64,000 nucleotides of DNA from a virus, in IMG/VR virus record IMGVR_UViG_3300020450_000010, positions 60,716-124,715 of that record; one strand, given 5' to 3'. The notes under the pieces were generated by a model. It searched no databases. It was not told where the DNA came from and was given only the letters and a program-made list of their open reading frames with translations. The translations under genes were made by a program, and so were the position numbers. Positions 20,300 to 28,918 of the stretch are shown here, piece by piece (positions within the stretch are counted from its first letter, which is position 1; each line of letters begins with the position of its first letter).

Positions 20300-20507
20300 A
20301 TGGACTATAAAGGGAAACAAAAAAATATTTGAATCTCCAGATGGTGGTAAAACTGTATTTGAAAGAGACATGGGACAACCTCACGATACAAGAAGAAAAC
20401 TTACTACAGGCGAAAAAGTTTACGGTTATCATCCACAAGAATTATTGACTGCAAAAATTTTACCAATTGACATATTTTATAAACTATTTGGAAAAAAACA
20501 TGAATGA
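20289..20507 (+). CDS. Small hypothetical protein
   Basis: 72-aa ORF overlapping both neighbours; IFESPDGGKTVFER motif. Confidence 0.65.
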   Translation: MRSRWTIKGNKKIFESPDGGKTVFERDMGQPHDTRRKLTTGEKVYGYHPQELLTAKILPIDIFYKLFGKKHE

Positions 20508-20769
20508 AGAAGATGATTACATTGTAGGTATGGACGGTTTTAACAACAAAGATTACAAAGGCGATAGTGACTTTCAACATTGGTTAGTACACGAATCACC
20601 ACTTGTTGATGTAAGTGTAAATGCTGATCCTATTACTTTGACAACATCAAGTATAGATAATCACAACTGGCAACAAACCATGAGCACTAAATTGCCAATT
20701 GATATAATGCATACACTATATCCTAAACAAATGAAAGAAGAAGCAGATAATGATTACCTTCCTTTTTGA
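20500..20769 (+). CDS. Small acidic hypothetical protein
   Basis: The ORF fills the gap between its neighbours; the ATG at 20500 (MNEEDDY) is the probable start. Confidence 0.55.
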   Translation: MNEEDDYIVGMDGFNNKDYKGDSDFQHWLVHESPLVDVSVNADPITLTTSSIDNHNWQQTMSTKLPIDIMHTLYPKQMKEEADNDYLPF

Positions 20770-21454
20770 TGTAGATGGTACACTAACTGATGCACGTAAA
20801 CCTATTAATGTAGAGTTTGAATACTTTATGAAAGACTTTATAATGCGTGGTAATAAATGTATGATTGTAACTGGCAGTGACAGAGAAAAAACTGTAGAAC
20901 AGATCGGTTTAAGCCTCACTTTACGCTTTGCAAGGGTGTATCATTGTAGCGGAAATCATGTGTTTGAAGACACAAAAGAAGTCAAAAAGAACGACTGGCT
21001 ACTATCAAAAGAACAGCATGAATTCTTAGAACAATACTTGCATAAGATAAATTATAACGAAATGACAGGCAATCATATTGAACAACGCACAGGCACTGCT
21101 AATTTTAGTATCGTGGGAAGAAATGCTGATTGGAATCAACGTGCAAGATATGCACTTTGGGATAGTATAAACAAAGGTAGAGAAACTGTTGCTATGTACT
21201 ACAACCAAGAATTCAAAGACAGTGTAGCACAAGTAGCAGGTGAAACAAGTATTGACATTTTTCCAGTAGGATGTGACAAAAGTCAAGCAATAAAAGAACA
21301 AGAAGGTACAACTATATATTTTGGAGACAATTGTTTTCCAGGCGGTAATGATTTCACAGCCGCACAAGCAAGCACACACTTTTATCAAATTGATAACGGA
21401 TATAAGCAAACTTGGGAAATATTAAAAAATACATATATTTCGGTTGACAAATAA
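20750..21454 (+). CDS. HAD subfamily IIB phosphomannomutase-like enzyme
   Basis: FDVDGTLT, VTGSD, IEQRTGTANFSIVGRNA, SIDIFPVGCDK and YFGDNCFPGGND match eukaryote-type PMM motifs. Confidence 0.8.
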   Translation: MITFLFDVDGTLTDARKPINVEFEYFMKDFIMRGNKCMIVTGSDREKTVEQIGLSLTLRFARVYHCSGNHVFEDTKEVKKNDWLLSKEQHEFLEQYLHKINYNEMTGNHIEQRTGTANFSIVGRNADWNQRARYALWDSINKGRETVAMYYNQEFKDSVAQVAGETSIDIFPVGCDKSQAIKEQEGTTIYFGDNCFPGGNDFTAAQASTHFYQIDNGYKQTWEILKNTYISVDK

Positions 21455-21473
21455 CAAAAACGGCATATATACT
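21444..21473 (+). promoter_or_regulatory. Sigma70-type promoter upstream of the GIY-YIG gene
   Basis: TTGACA-N18-TATACT. Confidence 0.6.
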
Positions 21474-21491
21474 AGTTGCTAAACAACACAA

Positions 21492-21920
21492 ATGCAATGG
21501 ACTTATCAAGGCAAAATAGTAGAAGAAATTAGTGAGGAATACATAGGTTTTGTATACCTTATTACCAATCTCACAAACAATAAAAAATATATCGGCAAAA
21601 AGTTAGCAAAATTTAAAGTAACTAAAAAACCCCTCAAAGGCAAAAAGAACAAAAGGCGTTCAACAAAAGAAAGTGATTGGAGAGACTATTGGGGATCCAG
21701 TGACACATTGAATGCAGACGTAGAACACTTAGGCCCAGAAAACTTCACAAGAGAAATACTGTACTACTGCACCAGCAGAGGCGAACTAAGTTATTTAGAA
21801 GCCAAAGAACAGTTTGACCGTGAAGTTCTTAAAACTGATGAATATTACAACGGCATTATAAATGTACGAGTTGGCAGTTCTAAGGCACTTATCGAATCAC
21901 TAAACAGACACCAGTCGTAA
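21492..21920 (+). CDS. Stand-alone GIY-YIG endonuclease (EndoII/Seg-like), 142 aa
   Basis: GFVYLITNLTNNKKYIGKK, YWGSS, catalytic Glu helix ELSYLEAKEQ and YYN. It has a very basic insert (KFKVTKKPLKGKKNKRRSTK). Confidence 0.85.
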   Translation: MQWTYQGKIVEEISEEYIGFVYLITNLTNNKKYIGKKLAKFKVTKKPLKGKKNKRRSTKESDWRDYWGSSDTLNADVEHLGPENFTREILYYCTSRGELSYLEAKEQFDREVLKTDEYYNGIINVRVGSSKALIESLNRHQS

Positions 21921-22295
21921 TATAGCTTCTCAGAAAAAAGCATTGAGATTGTATACAAGCTGTACCGTCGGATCTTGCTCGAAGCAAACGAATCAAATGA
22001 GTGGGCTCTACTGTGCCATTGTAACCCACGGATAGCTCGAAAGTCGTCGTTATGGCTTAGAGTGTTTCTGCGTTTTAAGCAGTATGTAAAGGGGTAAAGC
22101 AAAACCGCCTCTGCCTAGCAATAGGTTTTACTATAACGATGCGTAACTGTAGACGGGGTAATGACCGTTTCGTTTTTTTTGCACTTGGCTGTAACAAGCT
22201 AAGTGCGACTGAAAACAGGGTAATAACGAAATTAATCAAATAAAGAAATATCAAACGAAATGAAATGAGTTTGACGATGAGCTTTAGCTCTTCGA
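21921..22295 (+). ncRNA. Candidate structured non-coding RNA (family unknown)
   Basis: The longest intergenic gap in the window, and GC-richer than its flanks. It has about ten helices, many with G-U pairs that form only on the + strand, and a GCAA tetraloop (see findings). Confidence 0.55.
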
Positions 22296-22297
22296 TA

Positions 22298-22546
22298 CTA
22301 TAGTTGAGTTGTTATTTTACCTTTGCGTTGATTCATTTGTTGCTTTTGTTTATCTATGTTTTCTTGTAACATTTCTTTGATCTCTAAGAAATCTCTTATA
22401 GGCATATCTAATAATTCATTTCTACTAAAAGCACCATTAGTATGAATCTGAACATCATTTATCATAGTTCGATAATTTTTGTTTATGTCTTCGTGGCGTT
22501 TAACAAGTTCATCAACTTTTGCTTTGTCATTTTTAGTTAGACTCAA
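22298..22546 (-). CDS. Small protein coupled to the gp26-like gene (possible hub assembly factor)
   Basis: 82 aa with FSRNELLDMPIRDF; overlaps the stop of the upstream gene. Confidence 0.6.
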   Translation of the reverse strand: MSLTKNDKAKVDELVKRHEDINKNYRTMINDVQIHTNGAFSRNELLDMPIRDFLEIKEMLQENIDKQKQQMNQRKGKITTQL

Positions 22547-23382
22547 TTGTTGCTGAAAAAAAAACTTGGATTATAACTTACTGCACCTTTAAAATCTTTT
22601 GCACAATCTCCGTTGCTACAAGTGAAATTAAATTCTCGTTTCATTCCATTGCCATTTAGTTTGGCTTGTTCTTGTTCAAGTTTAGACACAGTGTTTAAAT
22701 CAACACTGGATAACCAATCCAGTATATGCTGTGGTTCTGTAACTTTGTTTCCGTCTGGAGTTTGAATATACTCAATTCCGTCTTGAACACTTGCTAATCT
22801 ATATGCGGCAATGTTTTCTACAAGTTGTTTAAATGTGGTTTTTAATTCTTCGTTTGCTCTTTCCTCACTTACACTTATTGCTTGTAAAATTGAATTGGAT
22901 GCAATTTTTTGAACATTCAATGCATTAACAGCAAACAGTGTATTTGGTTTTAAACTAATAGTAAGTTCTTGCATTTCAACTAGCACGGGACTGGAGTTGT
23001 CTTTAATTTGACTGAGTACACTAGGTAAGTCTATCTCAAATTCACTCATTCTTTCACAATGAGTACATCTGCTTTCTACATTCATTTTTTTATCATATGT
23101 GGCGGCTCTACTTGCCAATAGTATTACATCAATGTCTGGTAGTGCTAGTTCTTTTGGATTTGGTATGTCTGGGGCAACACTTGCCACCATATCAAATAAT
23201 GCTTCTCCATTGTACAGTGTATCAGGGATATTCAATTTCATTTCATCAGCAATAGTCATAGGTTTTATACCTATTTCGTCTTCTGCTGTAAGATTTGGTT
23301 TTTGCTTCATCCAATTACCTTTGGTTGGTAATTTAACAAAGATTTCTTTATTCCTATAATAGTCTTGTAACGGATTGTTCAT
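22543..23382 (-). CDS. gp26: Baseplate hub assembly protein, gp26-like
   Basis: NPLQDYYR...VKLPTKG...IKPMTIADE...DIDVILLASRAATY, CTHC, and a C-terminal C-x4-C followed by NPSFFF. Confidence 0.7.
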   Translation of the reverse strand: MNNPLQDYYRNKEIFVKLPTKGNWMKQKPNLTAEDEIGIKPMTIADEMKLNIPDTLYNGEALFDMVASVAPDIPNPKELALPDIDVILLASRAATYDKKMNVESRCTHCERMSEFEIDLPSVLSQIKDNSSPVLVEMQELTISLKPNTLFAVNALNVQKIASNSILQAISVSEERANEELKTTFKQLVENIAAYRLASVQDGIEYIQTPDGNKVTEPQHILDWLSSVDLNTVSKLEQEQAKLNGNGMKREFNFTCSNGDCAKDFKGAVSYNPSFFFSNN

Positions 23383-23390
23383 TTTTCGCC

Positions 23391-23420
23391 TATAAATAAC
23401 TGTATATAAAAGTATTTATC
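23391..23420. promoter_or_regulatory. Pair of late promoters facing each other
   Basis: TATAAATA on + at 23391-23398 (for the tape-measure-like gene) and GATAAATA on - at 23413-23420 (for the gp26-like gene). Confidence 0.6.
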
Positions 23421-23438
23421 TAATTAAGTGAGCAGTTA

Positions 23439-25361
23439 ATGGCATCTATTGATATACCAAATTTAGGCACTGTTACAGTGAACGACCTTGCGACTGAAGA
23501 AACAGCAGATAATATTTTAAAAACACAAAGACAAATTTTAGCAACAATGACAGGTGTCAAAGAAGAAGACAGCCAAGGTAATGTCACACTTGCACAAATA
23601 CTCAGAGAACAGAAAAAAGATGGTATAGATTCCAAAACAATCAAACAGCAAATGGGCAAATATATTAAAGAAACGCCCAATGCAGTAATGAAGGGATTTG
23701 AAACCATTGGTAATAAAAAGATTACTGATGTAATTACACAGACCATGAGTCGGCTTGGTGCACCTGCGGCAGTTAGTACAGCGTTTGGTATGGCTAATCA
23801 AGCGGCAGAAGAACTTGGCGAAGTAATGAGATTGAGTGGAAGATTTGGTGTTGATTTCACTTCTGAATTAGCAATGATGAATGCTAGAACCAGTGAAGTT
23901 GGTTTAACCTTAGGTGAGTTTACAAAAATGGTAGGACAAGACTCATTAGCTATGCGTGAATTTGGAGATGGTGTACAAAATGGTTCAATGCGATTTTTAA
24001 AGCTAGTAGAAAATTTTCAAGCCGCGGCTGAGCCTTTTGGAAACTTTGGTATGAAGACACAAGAAGCGGCAGAATTTATGGCTAAAGAATTAGAAATAAG
24101 ACGAAAGACCATGGACACTGATTCTTTTAGAGCAATGAATGAACAAGCACTTGCAGAGTCGATGGCAGAAAATATAAAACAACAAGAAGCTATGGCAAGG
24201 GTAACAGGACAAGATGTAAGATCTAGATTACAAGCACAAATGGAAATGCGTAACAGTGCAATTGCACAAAGTTTCTTATCTGAACAAACAGGTGATACTC
24301 AAGAAAGATTCAAACAACTTGCTTCAGCATTGAGTACAATACCAGGTGGTAAACAATTAGGTGAAGCTATCGTAAATGGTATTGCAACTGATTTGCCTGC
24401 TAACGCATTCGCTCCGGAACTAATTGCACGTTTGGGTAGTAATGCAGATAAACTTATAAGTTTTGTAATGGGCAACATAGAAGGCGGAATGGATTCAGCT
24501 CAGTTTGGTACTGAAGTACAACAACTAGTGCAAGATCTCAGAGGACCAGCGGCACAAAATGCAAACGTTTTAAGAACACAAGCGGCACTAGGTGATAGTA
24601 CTGCTTTGACTATACTTACATTTCAAGAAGGACTTGCAGATATTGATGATGTAGCAGGTAAAGTTGCTGAAAGTTTAGAAAAATTAAATGAAGAAGCAGG
24701 TACAACAACAGGCACAGCTAGAGGATTGTCAGCAGAACTACAAAAGACTCAAGCAATTATAAATGCTCGTTTGCTTGATGTAGCAAGAGGAATTGGACGG
24801 GGTGCTACAGGAGATGAAAATTTAGGTACAGTAGACGCATTAATGGCAATTCAAAAAATGACTCAAGAGTTTGGTTCTACTGAATTTGCTGAAACTTTTG
24901 CAAAAGGTGTAGGAACAGCATTGGGTAGTTTTGCAATTGAACCATTTGTTAATGTAGCTAAAGGTCAAATGGAACTTAGTGATAAACTTTTCTTTGCTGG
25001 TCTAGGTGCTTTTGCAGTAGGAAGAAACAACTTGGGAATGGGGTTGATGGCCTTACAAGGAACTGAAACGGTAATGGATACATTTGCTAGTTTTGGAGAT
25101 GAAACAAGTGCGGAACAAGAAAGAGCAAATAGAGAAGGAATTAGTGTACAGCAATTAAGAGAGAGGGAAGCAGAGAGATTAGGAGTAAGCAATACAGGAC
25201 AAATGCTCTTACAGAAGTTTGGCGCTATACTAGGATCTGAGGAAAATCCAACTAACATGAAATTTAACAAACAAGGTTTGGATGAATTTGTAGGTGCATT
25301 AACTACTGCAATAAAAGAAAAAGTAGATGCATATACAAACAATCAAAATCCGGGTCCATAA
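23439..25361 (+). CDS. Probable tail tape-measure protein (640 aa)
   Basis: Ala/Gln/Met/Glu-rich, predicted helical, with a hydrophobic Gly-rich stretch near the C-terminus. It is divergent from the gp26-like gene and upstream of the portal. Confidence 0.55.
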   Translation: MASIDIPNLGTVTVNDLATEETADNILKTQRQILATMTGVKEEDSQGNVTLAQILREQKKDGIDSKTIKQQMGKYIKETPNAVMKGFETIGNKKITDVITQTMSRLGAPAAVSTAFGMANQAAEELGEVMRLSGRFGVDFTSELAMMNARTSEVGLTLGEFTKMVGQDSLAMREFGDGVQNGSMRFLKLVENFQAAAEPFGNFGMKTQEAAEFMAKELEIRRKTMDTDSFRAMNEQALAESMAENIKQQEAMARVTGQDVRSRLQAQMEMRNSAIAQSFLSEQTGDTQERFKQLASALSTIPGGKQLGEAIVNGIATDLPANAFAPELIARLGSNADKLISFVMGNIEGGMDSAQFGTEVQQLVQDLRGPAAQNANVLRTQAALGDSTALTILTFQEGLADIDDVAGKVAESLEKLNEEAGTTTGTARGLSAELQKTQAIINARLLDVARGIGRGATGDENLGTVDALMAIQKMTQEFGSTEFAETFAKGVGTALGSFAIEPFVNVAKGQMELSDKLFFAGLGAFAVGRNNLGMGLMALQGTETVMDTFASFGDETSAEQERANREGISVQQLREREAERLGVSNTGQMLLQKFGAILGSEENPTNMKFNKQGLDEFVGALTTAIKEKVDAYTNNQNPGP

Positions 25362-25366
25362 TTAGG

Positions 25367-25394
25367 TTGACAAAAGCAATAAATATACTATAAT
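25367..25394 (+). promoter_or_regulatory. Sigma70-consensus promoter with a nested late-type box before the portal gene
   Basis: TTGACA-N16-TATAAT, with AATAAATA at 25378-25385 inside the spacer. Confidence 0.55.
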
Positions 25395-25411
25395 AGAATA
25401 AAGAGATTCAT

Positions 25412-27094
25412 ATGAGTTGGAAAAAACATTTTACAGTATACGGTGGACAAAGTGCTGATAGCATGAAGCCTAGCAGTGCCAGTAGATTTCAAAGCTGGTT
25501 ACCAGAAGTATACAGCGGTCAACCTAATCGTGTTGAAAGATATGCACAGTATGACCAAATGGACATGGACAGCGAAATAAACGCCGCCATTGACATTATT
25601 AGTGAGTTCAGTACACAAGTAGATGAACAAACACATTTACCTTTTAAAATTAATTACAGAGAAAATGCTACAGAAAGCGAAAGCAAAATCCTAGAGCAAA
25701 CACTACAACAATGGTGTAATTTGCAAGACTGGGACAAGCGTATTTTCCGTATGTTTAGAAATACTATCAAGTATGGTGATCAATTTTTTATCAGAGATCC
25801 TGAGACTTGGGAACTGTATTATGTCAATCCAGTTGATGTAATGAAAGCAGTAGTAAATGAAGCTAAAGGCAAGAAACCAGAGCAGTATATAATTAAAAAC
25901 ATTGACTTGAACATGCAGGAAAAAACAGTCAGTAAGCCTGTACAACACAGTCAAACATATGGCACAGTTAATAGTATGATGCGTGGACAAGTTATCGACA
26001 AAGGCATGTATGGACAAGGAGCAGGTCAATACGACCACGGTACAGGTCAAATACAAGAATATACAGTAGATGCTAATCATGTTGTACACTTAGGCTTAAC
26101 AGAAGGTATGGATGGTAATTGGCCTTTTGGTAGTAGTATACTTGATCCAATTTTCAAAACATACAAGCAAAAAGAACTACTAGAAGATAGTATTATTATC
26201 TACAGAGTACAAAGAGCACCTGAAAGACGTGTGTTTTATGTAGACGTAGGAAACATGCCACCAAACAAAGCTATGGGTTTTGTTGAACGTGTGAAAAATG
26301 AAATACATCAAAAACGTATTCCAAACAAAACAGGAGGCGGTACAACTATCATGGATGCCGCCTACAATCCATTGAGCATTATGGAAGACTACTTCTTTGC
26401 ACAGACCAGTGAAGGCAGAGGTAGTAAAGTTGAAGTGTTACCAGGTGGAGAAAACCTAGGACAAATTGACGACCTGCGTTACTTCACAAATAAAATGCTA
26501 AGAGCATTGCGTGTGCCCAGCAGTTATTTGCCAACAGGGCCTGATGATGGAACTGCAAGTTATGTAGACGGCAGAGTAGGAACAGCATTTATTCAAGAAT
26601 ATAGATTCAATCAATACTGTATGAGACTACAAGCATCAATTGCTCCTACTATGGACAAAGAATTTAAACTGTTTATGAAAAACAAAGGCATTAATATTGA
26701 TGCTAGTGTTTTTGATTTAGAATTTGTAGAACCACAAAGTTTTAGCACATACAAAGAAATAGAAATACATAGTGCTAGAGCGGCAGTATTTGGTAACTTA
26801 GAAGGTGTACCATACATGAGCAGACGCTTTATACTTGAAAAGTATTTAGGTTGGTCAGAAGAAGAAATATTAAAAAATGAGAGAATGTGGGAAGAAGAAA
26901 ACCAAGCAGGAACAACACCTGAAGGATCTGATATTCCAGGACTAGGAAATGTTGGAGTAAGAGGATTTGACGTACCAGACGGTGGTGACATTGATATACC
27001 AGCTGATGCGGCAACAGGTGAAGAAACTGAAGGTGCAAGTCCTATTAGCGGTGCAGAAACGGCACCAGCACCCGCAGGAGATGAGAATGCGTAG
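25412..27094 (+). CDS. gp20: Portal protein
   Basis: LLEDSIIIYRVQRAPERRVFYVDVGNMP, EDYFF and GRGSKVEVLPGGENLGQIDDLRYF...LRVPSSYL are the T4 gp20 family signature. Confidence 0.95.
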   Translation: MSWKKHFTVYGGQSADSMKPSSASRFQSWLPEVYSGQPNRVERYAQYDQMDMDSEINAAIDIISEFSTQVDEQTHLPFKINYRENATESESKILEQTLQQWCNLQDWDKRIFRMFRNTIKYGDQFFIRDPETWELYYVNPVDVMKAVVNEAKGKKPEQYIIKNIDLNMQEKTVSKPVQHSQTYGTVNSMMRGQVIDKGMYGQGAGQYDHGTGQIQEYTVDANHVVHLGLTEGMDGNWPFGSSILDPIFKTYKQKELLEDSIIIYRVQRAPERRVFYVDVGNMPPNKAMGFVERVKNEIHQKRIPNKTGGGTTIMDAAYNPLSIMEDYFFAQTSEGRGSKVEVLPGGENLGQIDDLRYFTNKMLRALRVPSSYLPTGPDDGTASYVDGRVGTAFIQEYRFNQYCMRLQASIAPTMDKEFKLFMKNKGINIDASVFDLEFVEPQSFSTYKEIEIHSARAAVFGNLEGVPYMSRRFILEKYLGWSEEEILKNERMWEEENQAGTTPEGSDIPGLGNVGVRGFDVPDGGDIDIPADAATGEETEGASPISGAETAPAPAGDENA

Positions 27095-27290
27095 CAAAGA
27101 CATATTAAAAGAATATTATGATGCCGAAGACGACAATTATAATAATAGACAGGCGGATGATGTACGTAAATCAAGACTTACACTTAAACATTTAAATCGT
27201 TTGAGAAAGCAACGTGAAGTACACAATATTGAACATGCTTCTCGCATGGAACGTATTAAAAAAATCTATGCAAAACCTGCCCAATCATAG
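27087..27290 (+). CDS. Small basic protein in the head module
   Basis: GGAG RBS at 27077-27080, then ATG 27087 (MRSKDILKEYY...RKSRLTLKHLNRLRK). Confidence 0.65.
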   Translation: MRSKDILKEYYDAEDDNYNNRQADDVRKSRLTLKHLNRLRKQREVHNIEHASRMERIKKIYAKPAQS

Positions 27291-27434
27291 AAAATCTGTT
27301 TAATTTTTACTTATCATTGACAAGAATTCATAAAATACCCATTTTTTAGGGTATTTCCTAAGCAAAACGTCTTGGTATGTTAAATATAGATGTAAACCAT
27401 CTTGGTAAGCCTGTAATTTTTTAAGGAGAATGAT

Positions 27435-28277
27435 ATGAGCGAACACAAGGAATCTTTAGTTAAGGTCCTTGAATATATCGTAAACGACGAGCAAGACAAA
27501 GCCGCCGATCTTCTTCATACGGTTTTTGTAGAAAAAGCTAAATCACATTGGTCTAGTCTACAAGAAAATGATGAAGTAGTAGAAGACGAAATTCAAGAAG
27601 ATGACCTAGATGAAACTATCGATCTTGATGAAGCTGATGACGATTCAAAGGACGAATCAGAAGTAGAAGAAGCGATTGACGCATCTGATGCAGAAGAAGA
27701 TTTCCTTGATGATATCGAAACAGCAGAAGAAGAGATCGAAGACGAAGAAATCATGGACGATGATGACATGGGTGACGAAGAAATGGCAGATGCTCCAGAA
27801 ATGGATCTAGCTATGGACATGGAACCTGAAGCTGATGAAGGCGAAGAAGGCGATGAATCAGATGCAGAAGAAGCTATGGATAACGTCGAAGACGCAATTG
27901 CTGAATTAAGAGCGGCATTTGCTGATATGATGGGTGACGATGCACCTGCTGAAGATGAGCCAGAAATGGAAGAATCAGCTGATCCAGTTGAAGAAACTGA
28001 AGAAGTTGAAGCTGTCGAAGAAGGCGCTGAAATGAAAGCAGTAAGTGTATCACATAGTGATTCAAGCGACAAAGGATCACCAGTAGCATCACAAGCTAGT
28101 GCACCAACAGGCGCAACTGCACACAAAGCCTCAGGCGGAGACGAGAAGGGTAGACCTGCTCCAACTGCTGAAGGTATGGGTGTAGACGGGCCACAAGAAG
28201 CTGGTTCACCTAGTGCGGCTCCAAAGCCAAAAGCTGAAGTCACTAAGTCAGACAGTCCTATTAGAGGAATGAAGTAA
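27435..28277 (+). CDS. Highly acidic prohead core/scaffold-like protein
   Basis: Extremely D/E-rich, with an AAGGAG RBS; lies between portal and protease like T4 gp67/gp68. Confidence 0.65.
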   Translation: MSEHKESLVKVLEYIVNDEQDKAADLLHTVFVEKAKSHWSSLQENDEVVEDEIQEDDLDETIDLDEADDDSKDESEVEEAIDASDAEEDFLDDIETAEEEIEDEEIMDDDDMGDEEMADAPEMDLAMDMEPEADEGEEGDESDAEEAMDNVEDAIAELRAAFADMMGDDAPAEDEPEMEESADPVEETEEVEAVEEGAEMKAVSVSHSDSSDKGSPVASQASAPTGATAHKASGGDEKGRPAPTAEGMGVDGPQEAGSPSAAPKPKAEVTKSDSPIRGMK

Positions 28278-28278
28278 T

Positions 28279-28917
28279 ATGCTTACCTCACTTAAAGAAC
28301 ATCTTACATACAATCAAGCAAATATCGTTACTGAAACATTAGATGAAGGTAACGGTAAGAGCTTGTATATGAAAGGTATTTTTATTGAAGGTGATGTACG
28401 CAATCAAAACAATCGTATCTACACAAAAGAAGAAATTCATAGTGCAGTTAAAAGCATTAATGAAAAAATTAAAGGTGGGTACAGTGTATTAGGTGAAGCT
28501 GATCACCCAGATGACCTCAATATCAATTTAGATCGTGTAAGTCACATGATTACTGAAATGGATACTGATGGCGCAAATGGGATCGGCAAACTTAAAATTC
28601 TACCAACTCCAATGGGAAATATTTGTAAAACCCTATTAGAGAGTGGAGTAAAATTAGGCGTGTCAAGCCGAGGCAGTGGCAATGTTAACGACAACGGCAT
28701 AGTAAAAGATTTTGAAATCATTACTGTTGATATTGTAGCAAATCCAAGTGCACCAGACGCTTATCCCGATCCAATCTATGAAAGAATTATGAATCATAGA
28801 CGGGGTAATGTGTTAATGGATGTCGCTGATGCAACTAGACACGACCGTGGCGCACAACGTTATCTCCAGGAAGAGGTGACCAACTTTATTAAAAACCTGA
28901 GATATAGGAGAGATTAA
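28279..28917 (+). CDS. gp21: Prohead protease
   Basis: GIFIEGDVRNQNNRIY, LGEADHP, LGVSSRGSG, DIVANPSAPDAYP. Confidence 0.93.
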   Translation: MLTSLKEHLTYNQANIVTETLDEGNGKSLYMKGIFIEGDVRNQNNRIYTKEEIHSAVKSINEKIKGGYSVLGEADHPDDLNINLDRVSHMITEMDTDGANGIGKLKILPTPMGNICKTLLESGVKLGVSSRGSGNVNDNGIVKDFEIITVDIVANPSAPDAYPDPIYERIMNHRRGNVLMDVADATRHDRGAQRYLQEEVTNFIKNLRYRRD

Positions 28918-28918
28918 T

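Noticed and set aside
21845-22102. 85-aa minus-strand ORF across the candidate ncRNA
   Set aside because: It overlaps the GIY-YIG gene in antisense, has a non-ATG start without a clear RBS, and has atypical composition.
21921-22295. Group I/II intron, tRNA, tmRNA or RNase P RNA
   Set aside because: It does not interrupt a gene (the flanking genes converge), and I could not find P7, domain V, cloverleaf/CCA or GAGGAAAGUCC signatures by eye.
27593-28243. 216-aa Ser-rich minus-strand ORF
   Set aside because: Antisense shadow of the Asp/Glu-rich core gene (GAA/GAT codons read as Ser/Ile on the other strand).
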